NCBI RefSeq assembly: GCF_964204645.1
Contig: NC_134028.1
Coordinates: 26,594,345-26,658,344, forward strand
Direction of reading: 5' to 3'
From: Tubulanus polymorphus
Taxonomy: Eukaryota; Animalia; Nemertea
DNA: 64,000 bases
Positions 26,701 through 39,008 of the stretch are shown here, piece after piece. Numbering within the stretch: position 1 is the stretch's first letter; each line of letters begins with the position of its first letter. The translations under genes were made by a program, and so were the position numbers. A model generated the notes under the pieces. That model was not told the origin of the DNA. It did no database searches and saw only the letters and a program-made list of their open reading frames with translations.

Positions 26701-27162
26701 AAACTATGAAGTACGTATGTATATATAGTGTATTAGATTTTGAGTTGCCATGTTGTGCCATATCATTATTCACGCCATCTGGCGGAATGGAGGGTGGATA
26801 CACGAGTGACATCCGGACTTTGATGTCTAATATTACCAAGCTTTTACTTACTTTCTATTATGTTTGATGAGCCAAATCAAATTATTTTCACAGTTACCAG
26901 CATGAACGCAATCGACCTTCAATTTGCTAAATGCATCGATAAAACTGTCGAAACCAAGTTTCAGGTCGAACTGAAAATCTTGATTTTCTGGTGGAGGACA
27001 AAATACTTTCAGTTTCGCTTTTCCGTCGTCACAGAATGCTTTAGTTTCATCTACTGAAAAACATCCGATTTCTGTTGGTTTTCGATACGAAAAGAACCCG
27101 CGGTAACTATGTTCATCGGCCGTTAGATGACGATCGTTGTAAGTGTTGTTATGACGGTCCAT
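23713..27162 (-). CDS. DXO: DXO/Dom3Z/Rai1-family decapping exoribonuclease, at least 7 coding exons; probable 5' UTR exon near 27826-27875
   Basis: YRKPTEIGCFS, YWGHKFEHY (motif II), NAEIDC (motif III), YIELKT (motif IV), LLRWWAQSFL (motif V), IVCGFRDDDGIV and FMPDWY. Stop at 23713-23715. Confidence 0.9.
25978..26525 (+). pseudogene. Degenerate copy of the PAN-gene promoter and signal-peptide exon, inside a DXO intron and interrupted by a MITE (~26255-26492)
   Basis: cgcagatagagacaagtttat..cggagttaaac..gtcgtaaatt..gcgtttcgaagcatgttttatt...gattcaagttgaaactg.acctata.gtaag matches 14314-14437. Homology resumes at tgatataatctgtgtc (26507 vs 14575). The copy is frameshifted (MFYFIVFIFWL*). Confidence 0.8.
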
Positions 27163-27269
27163 CTTGTAGACTTCGTGTCGCGTCTATATCAACATAAAAC
27201 ACTCAATCATTAAATCAATACAAAATATATAATGCCGTGATCGGATAAGAAACTAATGGCGCATGATAG

Positions 27270-27613
27270 TCTGAATACCAGACGTTATTACGGTCCCCTA
27301 CAACCTTGTTTGAGGAACAACGGCTAGATACGACTAATAAAAAGTCTCCTTTAATTCAGTTGAATGAGAGAGAAAATCCTCCATTTTGTGAAATTTCTTG
27401 AATTTTTACATTGTCACCATGCCTACGAAATGAAGTTATTTTTCTTGTGGGGTCTCAATTCCTAAATCAAGTTGACGTAGGCATGGTAACAATGTTCAAA
27501 TCCAAGAAATTTCACAAAATGGAGGATTTTCTCTCCTATTCAACTGAATTAAAGGAGACTTTTTAGCAATCGCTTCTAATTGGTACAGAACTGTAATAAT
27601 ATCGGATATTCAG
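27270..27613. mobile_element. Foldback MITE forming a long hairpin in the DXO 5' intron
   Basis: Near-perfect ~90-bp inverted arms aaaagtctcctttaattcagttgaat...catgcctacg (27339-27427) and cgtaggcatg...attcaactgaattaaaggagactttt (27476-27564), with weaker outer arms. An inverted copy of the outer arm lies at ~33350-33420. Confidence 0.8.
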
Positions 27614-28006
27614 TTGTTGTCCGCGATTTATGGCATTCTGTTAAGACATAAATGAGGTATTACCCCAAAAAGTAAGTAAAATATCCCAGAAAAACAGGTC
27701 TCATTAATTAATAAATATACATTTTTTTTATTAGGTGCATGACAGCCTCAAAACTGAACGTTTCCCTACATAATTTTATGTCTGTACGTATAACGTACGC
27801 AAATATTAAGTAATCAATTCTTACCTCGATGATGATTTCTTCCTTCAGCAGCGACAGTTAGACACAGGTTTCCGTATGTAATGTCACTAGTCGCAATATG
27901 TCAGCGGGTTTTCCCCCGGCAGTACGACGTACCGTACGAGTTTTACCAGGCACTGTTCGTTTGTCGTTTGATTTCGTTTTCCCACGACAAACCCTATTGG
28001 TTGAGT

Positions 28007-28257
28007 GTTGGATTGGATGGTACTAATTGTTCCACATTCGTAACTCCACGCGAAACACGTGTGTGACGTCATCGAAGGCATAGATAGCTCACCTATCAAA
28101 CGGAATAGTAGGATCAATGCTTAGCAAATTCCATCTCAAATTATAAAAAGAAACTCCTCATTAATGTATTATTTGCAACGCAAAACGCAACTGAATTGAT
28201 GGTAGTTAAGAGGAATGATTGGTGCCGAACATTGAGATAGTTTTACATTTGCCATAC
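28007..28257 (+). pseudogene. Decayed duplicate of the 3' end and 3' UTR of the GT92 gene
   Basis: Aligns to 22912-23157 (gttggattggat, cacgcgaaac, gtgtgacgtcatcgaaggcatag, gtaggatcaat, ttccatc..aaatta, aaaacgcaac) with indels. Confidence 0.85.
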
Positions 28258-28470
28258 AGTGGAACCTCATTAATACTAGAAGAATCTTGTGGGCGAAAGT
28301 ATCGCAATAAACTGGTTTCTTTAAGTTGATCGATTATGTCAACCACATGCTAGAAATCATCGTAGTAAACCCGGCCTTTAACTGAGAATCGTATTATATA
28401 CGATTGAGTCTCCATCAGCGGGTGTAATATGACGGTTGTTGATTATACGCATAATATGGCTTTGGCCACA

Positions 28471-28580
28471 TTCTCCCCCGGCCAGGGATTCGAACCCGGA
28501 TGGCATTGCCACGGAACGAAATCCTGCCACGCGAGACTGGTTGCCGGTCTCTACCTTCAGTTTAGACTGGTTACCGGTAC
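28471..28580 (-). mobile_element. tRNA-derived SINE head
   Basis: Minus strand B box GGGTTCGAATCCC followed by TGGCCGGGGGAGA. Confidence 0.55.
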
Positions 28581-28627
28581 CTATGGACAGGCAACCAGTC
28601 TATGTAAATATCATCGCCACAGCGAGA

Positions 28628-28881
28628 CAGGCCAACACTAGGGTTACTACGTTTATTTAGCAGGCCAACACTGGGGTAACTGCGTTTATTCCCAGGCCAA
28701 CACTAGGGTAACTACGTTTATTAATCAGGCCAACACTAGGGTAACTATGTTTATTTCCAGGCCAACACTAGGATAACTACGTGTTTATTAAACAGGCCAA
28801 CACAAGGGTTACTACGTTAATTTAACAGGTCAACACCTGGGTAACTGCGTTTATTCACCAGGCCAACACTAGGTTAACTAC
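28628..28881. repeat. Minisatellite, eight copies of a ~32-bp unit CAGGCCAACACTAGGGTAACTACGTTTATT(N)
   Basis: Head-to-tail units are directly visible, with no unique spacers. Confidence 0.92.
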
Positions 28882-29831
28882 AAACGTGACTGGTTGTGGT
28901 ATAGTTCGTCCTGACCGCTGTGAATGATCTTGTCCGGTCAGTATTCATTGCAGGCTGCAGTTCACTCCTCAAAAACAGTTTATTACAACTGAGAGCGTAG
29001 AGATATTCTATTTGATTACCACCTGTGCTGCTTTGCAACAACTTTATTTAACAACAACAATAATAATAAGTTAATAAATAAGTAAATTAAGCCGCTGATA
29101 TAAAACAATAAAACATCGAGAGTAAAGGCAGGCGTAGGTCGACTCAGACCCGATGATCAGGGATGTCGCTGTTGCGACTGGGAGAGACGGTCGCGTCGCG
29201 AAAAAGTGCGACAGGTAGAGACTAGTGTCGCTGGCAGTGATAAGGGTTGATACGCGATTGATGCCGTCAGTCACGAGCCGACCTGCGATCGGTTAAAGAA
29301 ATGCTACTACAGTGACTAGCGCGTTCAGTATTGAAAGGAAGAAGATCTGATCTACGTAAATAGTGGTAAAACATCGAGACTGCTGCTTCTGCTACCCGTA
29401 AAGCACATCGTTCAAACACAGAGCGACCTGTTAAACATAAAAACAGTCAAATAAACGTTCAATCATACTACACCAGCAATCCACATATCGCATTTTCGAC
29501 TCTTACCTTTAAGAGGATTTTAAGAACCAGTTCCAGGAACTGGGGGATGTTGTAGAGATTTGAGTTCAAGTTACATCCGCTTCTAAAAACAACATACATG
29601 AATTATTAAAACGACTTATAGCAATAATTCTATTCCGCTGAAAGACAGAGGAGTCCCTTAAGTACACCCTGGAACGTGAATTGGATTTCATGTGGGGCCG
29701 ACGCTCTCTCTAGAGATTATCGCCAGGTGTGACTACACTCTCACCTGACGATTGTCTCATTAAACTTTAACTTATTATCTATTCTCCATGTCAGAGTGTA
29801 CGGGCTGTTCTACCATCTGTGAGGCAATCAG

Positions 29832-32800
29832 TCAACTGTAGATACAATTATAAAACGTACCGGTATTGGTGGCAGTCCCGGTTTGACTCAATTCAGTAAA
29901 TGCTAACATATTCGCCTGGTAACTGTGATTAATAGTTATCTCACAAGCCGATTGATTCCACGGTTCTCCATCAGCTTGCATCGGTGTTCGACCCTTCATC
30001 AACGTAATCTAAATAAAACATTTATCAAAGCGAGTTTTATAAGATGTGCGGACAAAATATTCCGCGAGCATTATGCGAGTCGGTTATTTCCACAGTTGTT
30101 TGTTAAGTTATAGATTTTAAATCTAGTGGCGTTTGCCCAATTCAAGACATAAATTTGGCTCCCCTTGAACAATCCTGGGGATGCCGATGCGGTTGATGAT
30201 TTAACCCCCAGCGGTAACTTCGTGAATTATAATAATTACAGGAATACATGTAGACGTTTCTCAAACAAAAGTGTTTCATGAATTCATGTTTCATGAGTTA
30301 TTTATTTACCTTGACCTGTTTAGCCTGACCAAACCTCAATGGTTCGGCGAGTCCTACTTGAAGTTGTGCAATATGGAATGATGAATATAAACCCATTACT
30401 TCAACTAAACCATCGTCATAACTGAAACAAAAAATATCACAAACAACCATCAACAATACACATCCCACCACCATGCACACGACACTACGCATTATTGGTA
30501 GGCTGTACCGGGTTAACAAAAAACCTCCATTTTCATTAAGGGTGGATATCTCGCCTACCGAAATTATTACACCAAGTTTAAAAGAAAAATCCATTAAGAA
30601 TCACAGGCTGTATTGTGCTAACAAGGTCGCAGGGGGACAGCGTAGGGACACGAGTACCGAGTAAAATGAGATATCGATTAAACGAGGGGTCACATGACTT
30701 ACGCTGATTTAGGAACTGTAGATGATTGTCCTCCGATATTCCAGGGTTTACAGCCACCTCCCCAACTCTCTATATTCAACACTACGATACCCTCAATAGG
30801 GGGCAGCGCGATCAGTTTACCATCCATTTCCAACTATAAACACAAAGCAATGTTTAGAACCATTCAGAAGTTCGAGATTCCGCAGAGTTTCAATGATTGA
30901 AGAATAAGATACCTTGATTTTTTTCTCTAAATCCTTGCATTCTCGTTCTAAAACATCTTTAGTACCATAGGTAAAATACCACATCTGAATGAAATGAAAT
31001 CTCGTAATACAGCAGTGTATAGTAATTCTTATTCACTGATACAACCTCCGAAATTCTACCTCGATATCAAGATAAGGTGGAAAATTTTGATATTTTCCAC
31101 TGATGTTCGTACAAACCTTATTGATAATTCGACTTCCAAATAGTTTCGGCCAACTTTCTCTACGTCTGTGGAAATTTAACGTCACTAAAGCATCCACTCC
31201 AACCGAGAAATAATTATTCATCACTAGAACCTGAATCCAAATCAAAATACATTCTCACGATTCATCGTTACATAGATTTTATTGTTAGGCGTAATTACCC
31301 GAAGCCGGTGCTAACACTTAAACGTTATGAAATCAGTTATACAATGTATCGGGCCTACCTTACGTTGCCGTGGAAATCCAATTCCTAATCTCTTTGTATT
31401 CAGAATTTCAATTTTCCATCTGCAAATTATCATGTGGGAACATTTTAATTGAGAGATTCATGTGAAATCTAGAATAAACCTCAGGACTCAGCTCCACAGT
31501 TGTGAGTAAGAGTTAACTCTGAGTTAAAATTAGTTCATCAGTCAAATCTTAACTCACAACTGTGGAACTGGGTCCAGACTTTTGACTGACTCGGATTTAT
31601 GCGGTTACCTGTCTAATTTCACCGGTTTCGCCGCTTCTAATGTATCCATTATATCGTGTATATTAGTGTGTCCTACGTGTCCCTCTCCTGAACCTAAAAC
31701 TCTCGATAAATCATTACCAGTTCCTAGCGGTAAAATACCCACATGTGGAGCAGGCTGAAACATAAAACATGATTGATTGAGGGCAAAGAGACCAGGGCCT
31801 GGTTTCATAGACTGACTATCAAAGTTATGCCTAGGGGTAAATCCTCAATCTGCGTGACAACCACCATAGTTACAATGAGAAACCATGGTTATAACTGACG
31901 AATTACAAAACATTCCCAGGGACTATTTTTCTTCCACATCTATGAAACCGAGCCCTGACGGCAGAAGAAGTTATCGACGTTGATTTACTCACTTTTAGTT
32001 TAAGTTGATTGATTGCATTAAGTACCCAGCCCACAGTTCCATCACCACCACAAACTAGCACGCGAAATCTAACATCAGGTATCAGATGACACCATTCTAA
32101 CCCAGCTTCAGGAGGCAAATCATGTAGATCTATTACCTAGAAAAATACAAACCAAATCTGGCTTGAAGAATTTCATCATCAAGTTATCAGTTAAACTAAG
32201 ACAGCAGAGATAAATTAGTTTATTTTCAATGCATTAACTCTTTCACTTCCAACAGCTTCCTACCATACAGGCTGCGAGGCTACTGGAGAATATGAAAATT
32301 TCACTGCAGTACGGTGTATATCGATACCAAATGTACTTGTAATAACCTTTATCCTGCCATGCGGTGTATCATTAGTAAGCCTCACAATATTTGACAGGTG
32401 CTGCCATCTTTCAATAGATTCTAACTGAGTAACAATTAAACGGGTACATCGCATTGTGGATACATACAAGGGATTAAATCACATAGCAGGGCACAAAAAC
32501 TGGTGAAATATTTACAGAGAGATGTTTTAATAATCCTATTGATTAATGCATTACCTGTGCCGGGTTTAACTGACCCCGAAAAAACTGTAAAATATGAGCA
32601 CCATCGTTATTTCCACTCTTCCTATTAGCGATGACGATTAACGGACTCCAGTTAGCGACATCGGGACGAGAGACACTTCCTACGATCAGGTGACGTCGAC
32701 CTTTCCACCCGACGAGTTTCAACTGGACGCAGTTCGGGGGGACGATCAGATCGCGATATTTCCCGAGACGACACTCGCTCGGTACGACTGGTAAACAGTC

Positions 32801-33241
32801 CTCGTGCACGGTCATCTGACACCAGCAACATCGGTAATCGCATAACCGCGGCAACACGCCGCATTGTTGCTGACAGATGGCGCAGTAGCTACACAACGGT
32901 AGGTTACCCTCGATCCAGTGATGTTTTAACTCCCCCTGGCGAGTACGCGAGTAACTCTTACACGGAAATCGTTTATTAGCGTCGTCCAGGTGATCGTCCT
33001 CGACGCAGATCCCGCATGAATCGCAGAATGCTCCATCAACGATGTGATCTCCCGTCACTGCGCTGTAAGTCGGCTGGCTGAATATCTCGACCATCGCCCA
33101 GCGGTGCCCTGTTTTAGTGATATCGCGTGCCGGTATCTCATAGTGTCGAGTGCGGTCGCGTTTACACAGTTTCGTAAGAACGATCGTTATAGCAATGAAT
33201 ATAACGACGTATAAGACAATGACGATGGAATCAGACGCCAT
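29832..33241 (-). CDS. DGKE: Diacylglycerol kinase epsilon, about 9 coding exons; 5' UTR exon near 33813-33890; exact 3' end uncertain
   Basis: N-terminal hydrophobic segment, two C1 domains, [78 protein letters not shown] and PMQADGEPW. Confidence 0.95.
31796..31953. mobile_element. Harbinger-like MITE in a DGKE intron
   Basis: Ends GGCCTGGTTTCATAGA ... TCTATGAAACCGAGCC, flanked by CAG/CTG (CWG). Confidence 0.6.
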
Positions 33242-34157
33242 CTATGAACGGAAAATAATAATAAACAGAATTAAACATAAGAAGACTGTGAGGCTAACTA
33301 ATAATAGGCCTTGAGTCAGGGATTAGATTAAGTCTTCAGCCTAGGCCTAGGTAGTCTAGTACCTAGCCGTCGTTCTACAAACAAGTTGTAGGGAACCGTA
33401 ACAACGACTGGTATTCAGACTTAGGTCTAGTCAGTAACCTGTCTGTGGTTTAGTTTCACGATCGGATGTTGGTATGAGCCCATCCAATTATAAATAGCTT
33501 ACCACCAACGATTAGGTAACTAACTAGTAACTAACTAACTAAAGGCCTAGGTAGCGCAAGGGAAGGGGAGGGAAATAGTGCAAGGGATTAGAATAGGAAG
33601 GGGAGTAAGGAGAGAGGGTGGGAGGGGAAATTGCAAGAGATACTAACAACTCAGACTCTGCCACATACTACAAAGAAGAGTAGGAAGGACAGCTGCTGGA
33701 CAGGACAGACAGCTGCTGAACGGAGCGGAGGGGGAGGAGGTTAATTCACCAGCGGCACTGTTTTTTTTTGAAGTCTTAAAAAGTCAACCTTTCTAGGCGA
33801 GAAAGAACTCACTTCAATGTTCTTTCATTCTCAAATCCACATTTTTGTTTCTGATTCGTCAATGTCTCTCCACGGCATTCATATTTAGGCCTGTCAAATA
33901 ACGTAAAGTCCAAATAAAGAGTCAATTTAATTCAAAACGTCAATTCAATCCATTTTATTTCAACCAATTCAAATTAACTTAAATCAATGCAATCAATATA
34001 ATTTAATTGAAGTAGTAACGAACAATTCAACAATAAGTGCACGATATATTTTATAAAAACAAAATCATCAAATCTAAACTGACTGCGACTAATTCCGATA
34101 TTTTTTTTTACTAACCCCACCCACGTGTGATAGACCCGGTGCGGGAGATCATTCTAA

Positions 34158-34680
34158 GGCTGGCTTATGTCGACAAACGCGACGCGTACCGACAACTGGG
34201 TTTATCGCCGATTAGCGGCAACTAGCGGCCTACGAGAGGCCGCCAGTTGCTCCTCAATCGGTTCGACATAAGCCGGCTTGCGACGGCAACGCGACGCCTA
34301 CCGACTCGTCGCAAGCCGTATCCGGCTAGTTGCCCATGTTCTACCCGGCCTACGGTAGGCGGGCAGTTGCTTTCGATCGCAGCCCACATAAGCTCATCTG
34401 CGATGCGACGGAACTGAGCGCAGGGGTTCCAGCCAATGAGAGACCGCATATACATAGTACAAATTATCACCACTAGTTAGCGTCATTCGTAATTAGTCGT
34501 AAACTCTCAAATTCAAGTAGTTCAAAACGTAACCAAACCTTCAGCACGGCAGAGGACTGGACCGAAGATCTAGAAACGAAATTGGTAGAATTATGGTGTG
34601 AGCGGCCATCTTTATAGATGTCGCTAGCACTTCAAAACAGAATCAGAAAGATCAAAGTCTTAAAGAAATAGCTTTTTATT
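34158..34680 (+). mobile_element. PIF/Harbinger transposon remnant: structured left end plus a decayed MADF (Myb/SANT-like) ORF
   Basis: Starts after TAA with GGCTGGCTTATGTCGAC. Internal inverted repeats ggcttatgtcga/tcgacataagcc and ggcttgcgac/gtcgcaagcc. Region 34552-34672 reads EDWTEDLETKLVELWCERPSL*, then (frameshifted) NRNQKDQSLKEIA, matching the MADF pattern W..E..L..LW...P.LYD......NR..K.....EIA. Confidence 0.72.
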
Positions 34681-35628
34681 AAACAATATAGATCTCTAAA
34701 ATGTCTATACTAGAATAATTTCAGATCATTCTAATCAATCTTTTTCTAGATATTTAAACTGTGCTTTAAAGCTATAATTAATCAGTTTAAAGTAAAATTG
34801 AGAGAATTGAGAACTTCACCAGCGTCTCTGTTCTCACCAGCGCTATACGCATCCTGCCCTTGATGCTAACCCAGAAATGAAAAATCGACTTAACTTTTTA
34901 TCAAGACTATCAGGTTCAGTTTAGAGAGGTCTCTTGGTGTTTTGTTGATGAGTTTAATTAAAGCTGGAGTATTCGATGGTCACTTCTGGTCGGTAGGATC
35001 TAGATGGCTCATGTATCTCATGCTGGCCGTTTACAGATTCATGTTTAGCTGGAATGAGTAAAAGAACGACATTTTGAAGACAGACAATTCTTTGATTAAT
35101 CGTAATTGACATGTGTATCAACTTAACTTTCTTAAGATTACCGAGCATCCTTTTTTCATCGTCCTATGGTGTCTCCGTCATCTTCTTAATCATGGTGATG
35201 GGCCTGTTCAGATTAAGTTTACCTATAATGAGTAAAAAAAAATACATTCCGTAGTCAGACAATTCTTTCATTAGTTGTAATTTACATTCAGATATTGATC
35301 TATAGAAATATCTCTGAATTGTCGAAGTTACCGCATGATAAAACACTGGACGCGACGTCACCTCTATACACCCGGCATATGGAATATTGAACTTGATAGA
35401 AAACTAATGATTAAAGCAAACAATTTGAATTCCCTGATCGTTTTCAGACCCTCTTGGTTGCATCGATGTCTGTTTATCATTAACGACGGTTGTACACGTA
35501 ATAAAATACAAAAAAAAATCAACCATCTTAATTGAACGTAAATTGCGAGTGAAATGATGAACGCATTTGGTAGGTTACTGAAGAGGCCGGCCTATTTTCT
35601 AAATGAATAAATATAACGATCGCTGAGG

Positions 35629-36740
35629 ATAGGGATTGTTCCCGTTATTTATTTGGTTGGTAAATTTCGTTTGATTTTTTGATTGAGTGTCCCTTACAGA
35701 CCCAACACACCTGCCGGGAGCGAAACAGGGGGTTTGATTTTGAAATCGGAAATCGAAGTACAAATATAGTTGTGTGATCGGCGGTCGAGTTAACAGAATT
35801 TTTTTTTTTATTCGAAGTACATAATTGGAAAATATTAAGCGATAGGTATCGTTATATGTAATATATAATAAAAGCAACGTGACACGATGATCAATCGGTT
35901 AATTGTGTCGCCTAGCGTTGATGGCCGTCGGTAAGTGGGTCAATGAGGGCTTTGTCATTCGATTTCGTGTTGATTCCAACGATTTTCTCGTTTCGACACT
36001 GCGTGGATTTGATTGATGATAGTCCTCGTATCATTGGTCAGTTAGTTGGTCATTCATCCCGCAGGATTACAAAAACTCTGATCTCGTTTATGATGAACAT
36101 CACGAGTCAATAAAATGGATTGGATAGAGCATCAAACATAACGCTGCATCACGGTCATTATCATTATATATGAGGCGATTCCTATAACCACGAAAAAGGT
36201 GATCGGCGCGGTGACAAAACAACATCCATTAAATATATGGCTTTCACTGAGATTCGTTGGAATTATCATCATTCATTCCTCGTTTTAGTGGATATTCGTA
36301 TAAATCTTGAAATACTGATTAGTTGAAATTGTTAATTCTGATATCAATAAATTGAACAATGTCGCGGTGTGAGTAGTGTCCAAATATCACATTAGATGGC
36401 GAACGAGTGGAATTGGCTGTCATTAGGTTTACAGTTTTTAACTTTTCGAGAAAAGTCTTCATATATTCCCTATCGCTCGAATGACTGATGAGCAATACTA
36501 ACAAAAAAGCGGAGAGTTGTTTTTTTAATCTTAAAATAGGGATTGTCCCCGTTATTTATTTGGCTGGTAAATTTCGTTTGATTTTTCGATTGAGTGTCCC
36601 TTACAGACCCAACACACCTGCCGGGAGCCAAACAGGGGGTTTGATTTTGAAATCGGAAATCGAAGTACAGATATAGTTGTGTGATCGGCGGTCGAGTTAA
36701 CAGAATTTTTTTTGTTTAATTCGAGGTACATAATTGGAAA
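35629..36740. repeat. ~200-bp near-identical direct duplication (35629-35831 and 36536-36740)
   Basis: Both copies read atagggattgt...cccttacagacccaacacacctgccgggagc...tacataattggaaa with only a handful of differences. Confidence 0.92.
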
Positions 36741-38535
36741 TTCGGTTCCGGCTCATTCAAACAATCTTCATCATCCAGGAGGGTTAAAAGACTAGGGGGT
36801 TAGTAGTGAACTACAAAAGACCCCCGAAGGACCGTAGCATTTTCAAATCTCCATCGGCCTCAAATCCTATTTTGAAATTGCTAAACCGCCGGAAATAAGT
36901 TTCACAAGTTTTTCTCAGAAATTAGGTAGATTTCATTGAATTTTCTAGATTAGGCGTCATACGTGTTTTGCAATCGGCGTTTTTCGACTAACATTTCTAT
37001 AATCTCCCTCGTTCCCTTAGAGGTGGCGCAGTTTCTCGCTGAGAACTGTGATACAGTCGCTTCTATTATACCTGTCTTTCCAACATATTTAGGGAACAGA
37101 ATCATTTCACCGACCTGAAATAAGTGATATAAATCCAACAACTTTTTCTTTATTATTTTCAATATATTAAAATTTATTTCGCCGATTACTGATCAAAGTA
37201 AGACAAACTGTAAATATATCCACTCGTTTTAATTAGTGACTGTTCCATCTACTCGGAATAAGACGGATTTTTTTATAGGCTGATATTAATTATATCATCT
37301 TCCATTAAACAGAATCTAGACACTTTCAGGGGGCAGTTGCTCATAATTTGGCTAAATTTAACTTGTAGATATAATTGACAAAGTGACAATTAAAACTGCA
37401 TTGTTATTTAACTATGGTGTGTATCCGGATCCAGTTTCATGAACAAGTTTAATCGGTTTCAATTTTTGTCCTCATCGAAAACACGAAGTATAACCGATAG
37501 TAATTATCAGCAATTTGAGTTAAACTTTTTCGGTTGTAACTGGCCCTAGCCCGAAACTGAGACCGATGATAAACATGCGTTACAAGTCAATACATCGTCA
37601 TAGACGATGCGCTGTTTAAAATACAATGTTATTTCCAATACACAATTCGGATACATACTTTGATTAATAAGGACCAGTTCTGTACACGGCCGCGTTTTAG
37701 TAACATTTAAATACTATTTATAATCACTCGTTTGTTTTAAGTCCACTATTATATATAACATGTATTTAATATAATATACAATACAATTGGCTTCCGGGCG
37801 ACGCCCAATGACCACCAGCAACGCAATAGAGATTCCAGCAAACTCTGCCTGTCATTTATGAGACTATCGATATTTCTTTTGTGCAGTTGACAATCGAGAA
37901 AATGGGAAGTTTTTCCAAATAAATCCAATAAATAGTAAAATTCACCGACTACTTTTTGGCGCAGTCTACACTCAGTACTTTGACAAGTACTGAGTGACAG
38001 AGTCTACTTAAATTGTTTGTTGAACATTTTGGACTACAATGTAGTTAATAAGTCGATATTGAAACCGTCCTCTGTTTAATTCAGAATTATGACCAGCTCA
38101 AATCTCTAGATTATCATTACAGAAAGGCACTTTGCGTTGTGGCATCAGCCAATAACGATAAAACATATATACATAGTACATAGATATATGATAATTTGTT
38201 CTCTGTTTTTATGTACATTATTTACACTAGATTATTACTTTTGTGAGGTTTAAATTTGTCATGGTTTAATTCGTCATTTTTTTCATAATTTCAACAAAAG
38301 GTGAATTCTTTTACAAGTTCCTGACCGACACACATCAATCATTGATACTCAAACGCGGGAAAGATATCGATGAAGATCGATAAAACTCTTATTACTCTTA
38401 AGACGGACGCTTAGCGAATATGCTACAAAATCCCACACTAAAAACAGAGTGCGAAAAGTTTCCTTGAGCTAATTATTTTATACAACATTTCGAAAATATC
38501 CTAGTCGTCTTCAGTAGTTCAATTAAGTACAGTAT

Positions 38536-38741
38536 CATGGGTGTCTCCGGGATATTTTTGGAGGAGTTCGTTTTCAGGGAGCCTTGGTGTCCTCCCCAGA
38601 AAATCTGAGGCCGATAGATAGACTGGTTCCCGTTAACTTTGCATGTATCGATTTTATTTCGCTAATTTAGCAAATCATCGACGTTTGAAAATTCAAAAAG
38701 GGGGTTCGTTCGAACTAACGAACCCCCTAGGGACGCCCATG
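38536..38741. mobile_element. MITE with 5-bp TSD (hAT5-like)
   Basis: TIRs CATGGGTGTC...GACGCCCATG, with AGTAT directly repeated on both flanks (38531-38535, 38742-38746). Confidence 0.65.
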
Positions 38742-38887
38742 AGTATACTTAAAGGTGAGTATTTAGGATAAAGTCGAAACGTCGAATAGATTATTAGCAC
38801 AAACAAACCTTTCCAACTCATTCTTATCAAGATATTTTATATAACCGCCACAACACGGACTGAGTGTCCGAATACACCTATATCAAA

Positions 38888-39008
38888 GCGGCCATCTTGG
38901 ATCACACGAGATCTTGATCAGATTAGGGCAAAATGGTCTACGATGGCAAAACCGTGTGAATTTTTGCTCAAGCCTCGCATCTGTTCATCAACATCCAAGA
39001 TGGCCACC
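38888..39008. mobile_element. Small inverted-repeat element
   Basis: ggccatcttggat ... atccaagatggcc. Confidence 0.5.

Noticed and set aside
13687-28580. tRNA-like sequences at ~13700, ~19370 and ~28480
   Set aside because: They have A or B boxes but cannot fold into complete cloverleaves. Treated as SINE heads, not tRNA genes.
28628-28881. ~32-bp repeats resembling a CRISPR array
   Set aside because: Units are head-to-tail with no unique spacers and no cas genes, in a eukaryotic context. It is a minisatellite next to a SINE.
29071-29600. Exon-like segments downstream of the DGKE catalytic end
   Set aside because: Splice sites are plausible, but joining them to DGKE gives an almost immediate stop and no homology is recognisable. 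Probably 3' UTR.
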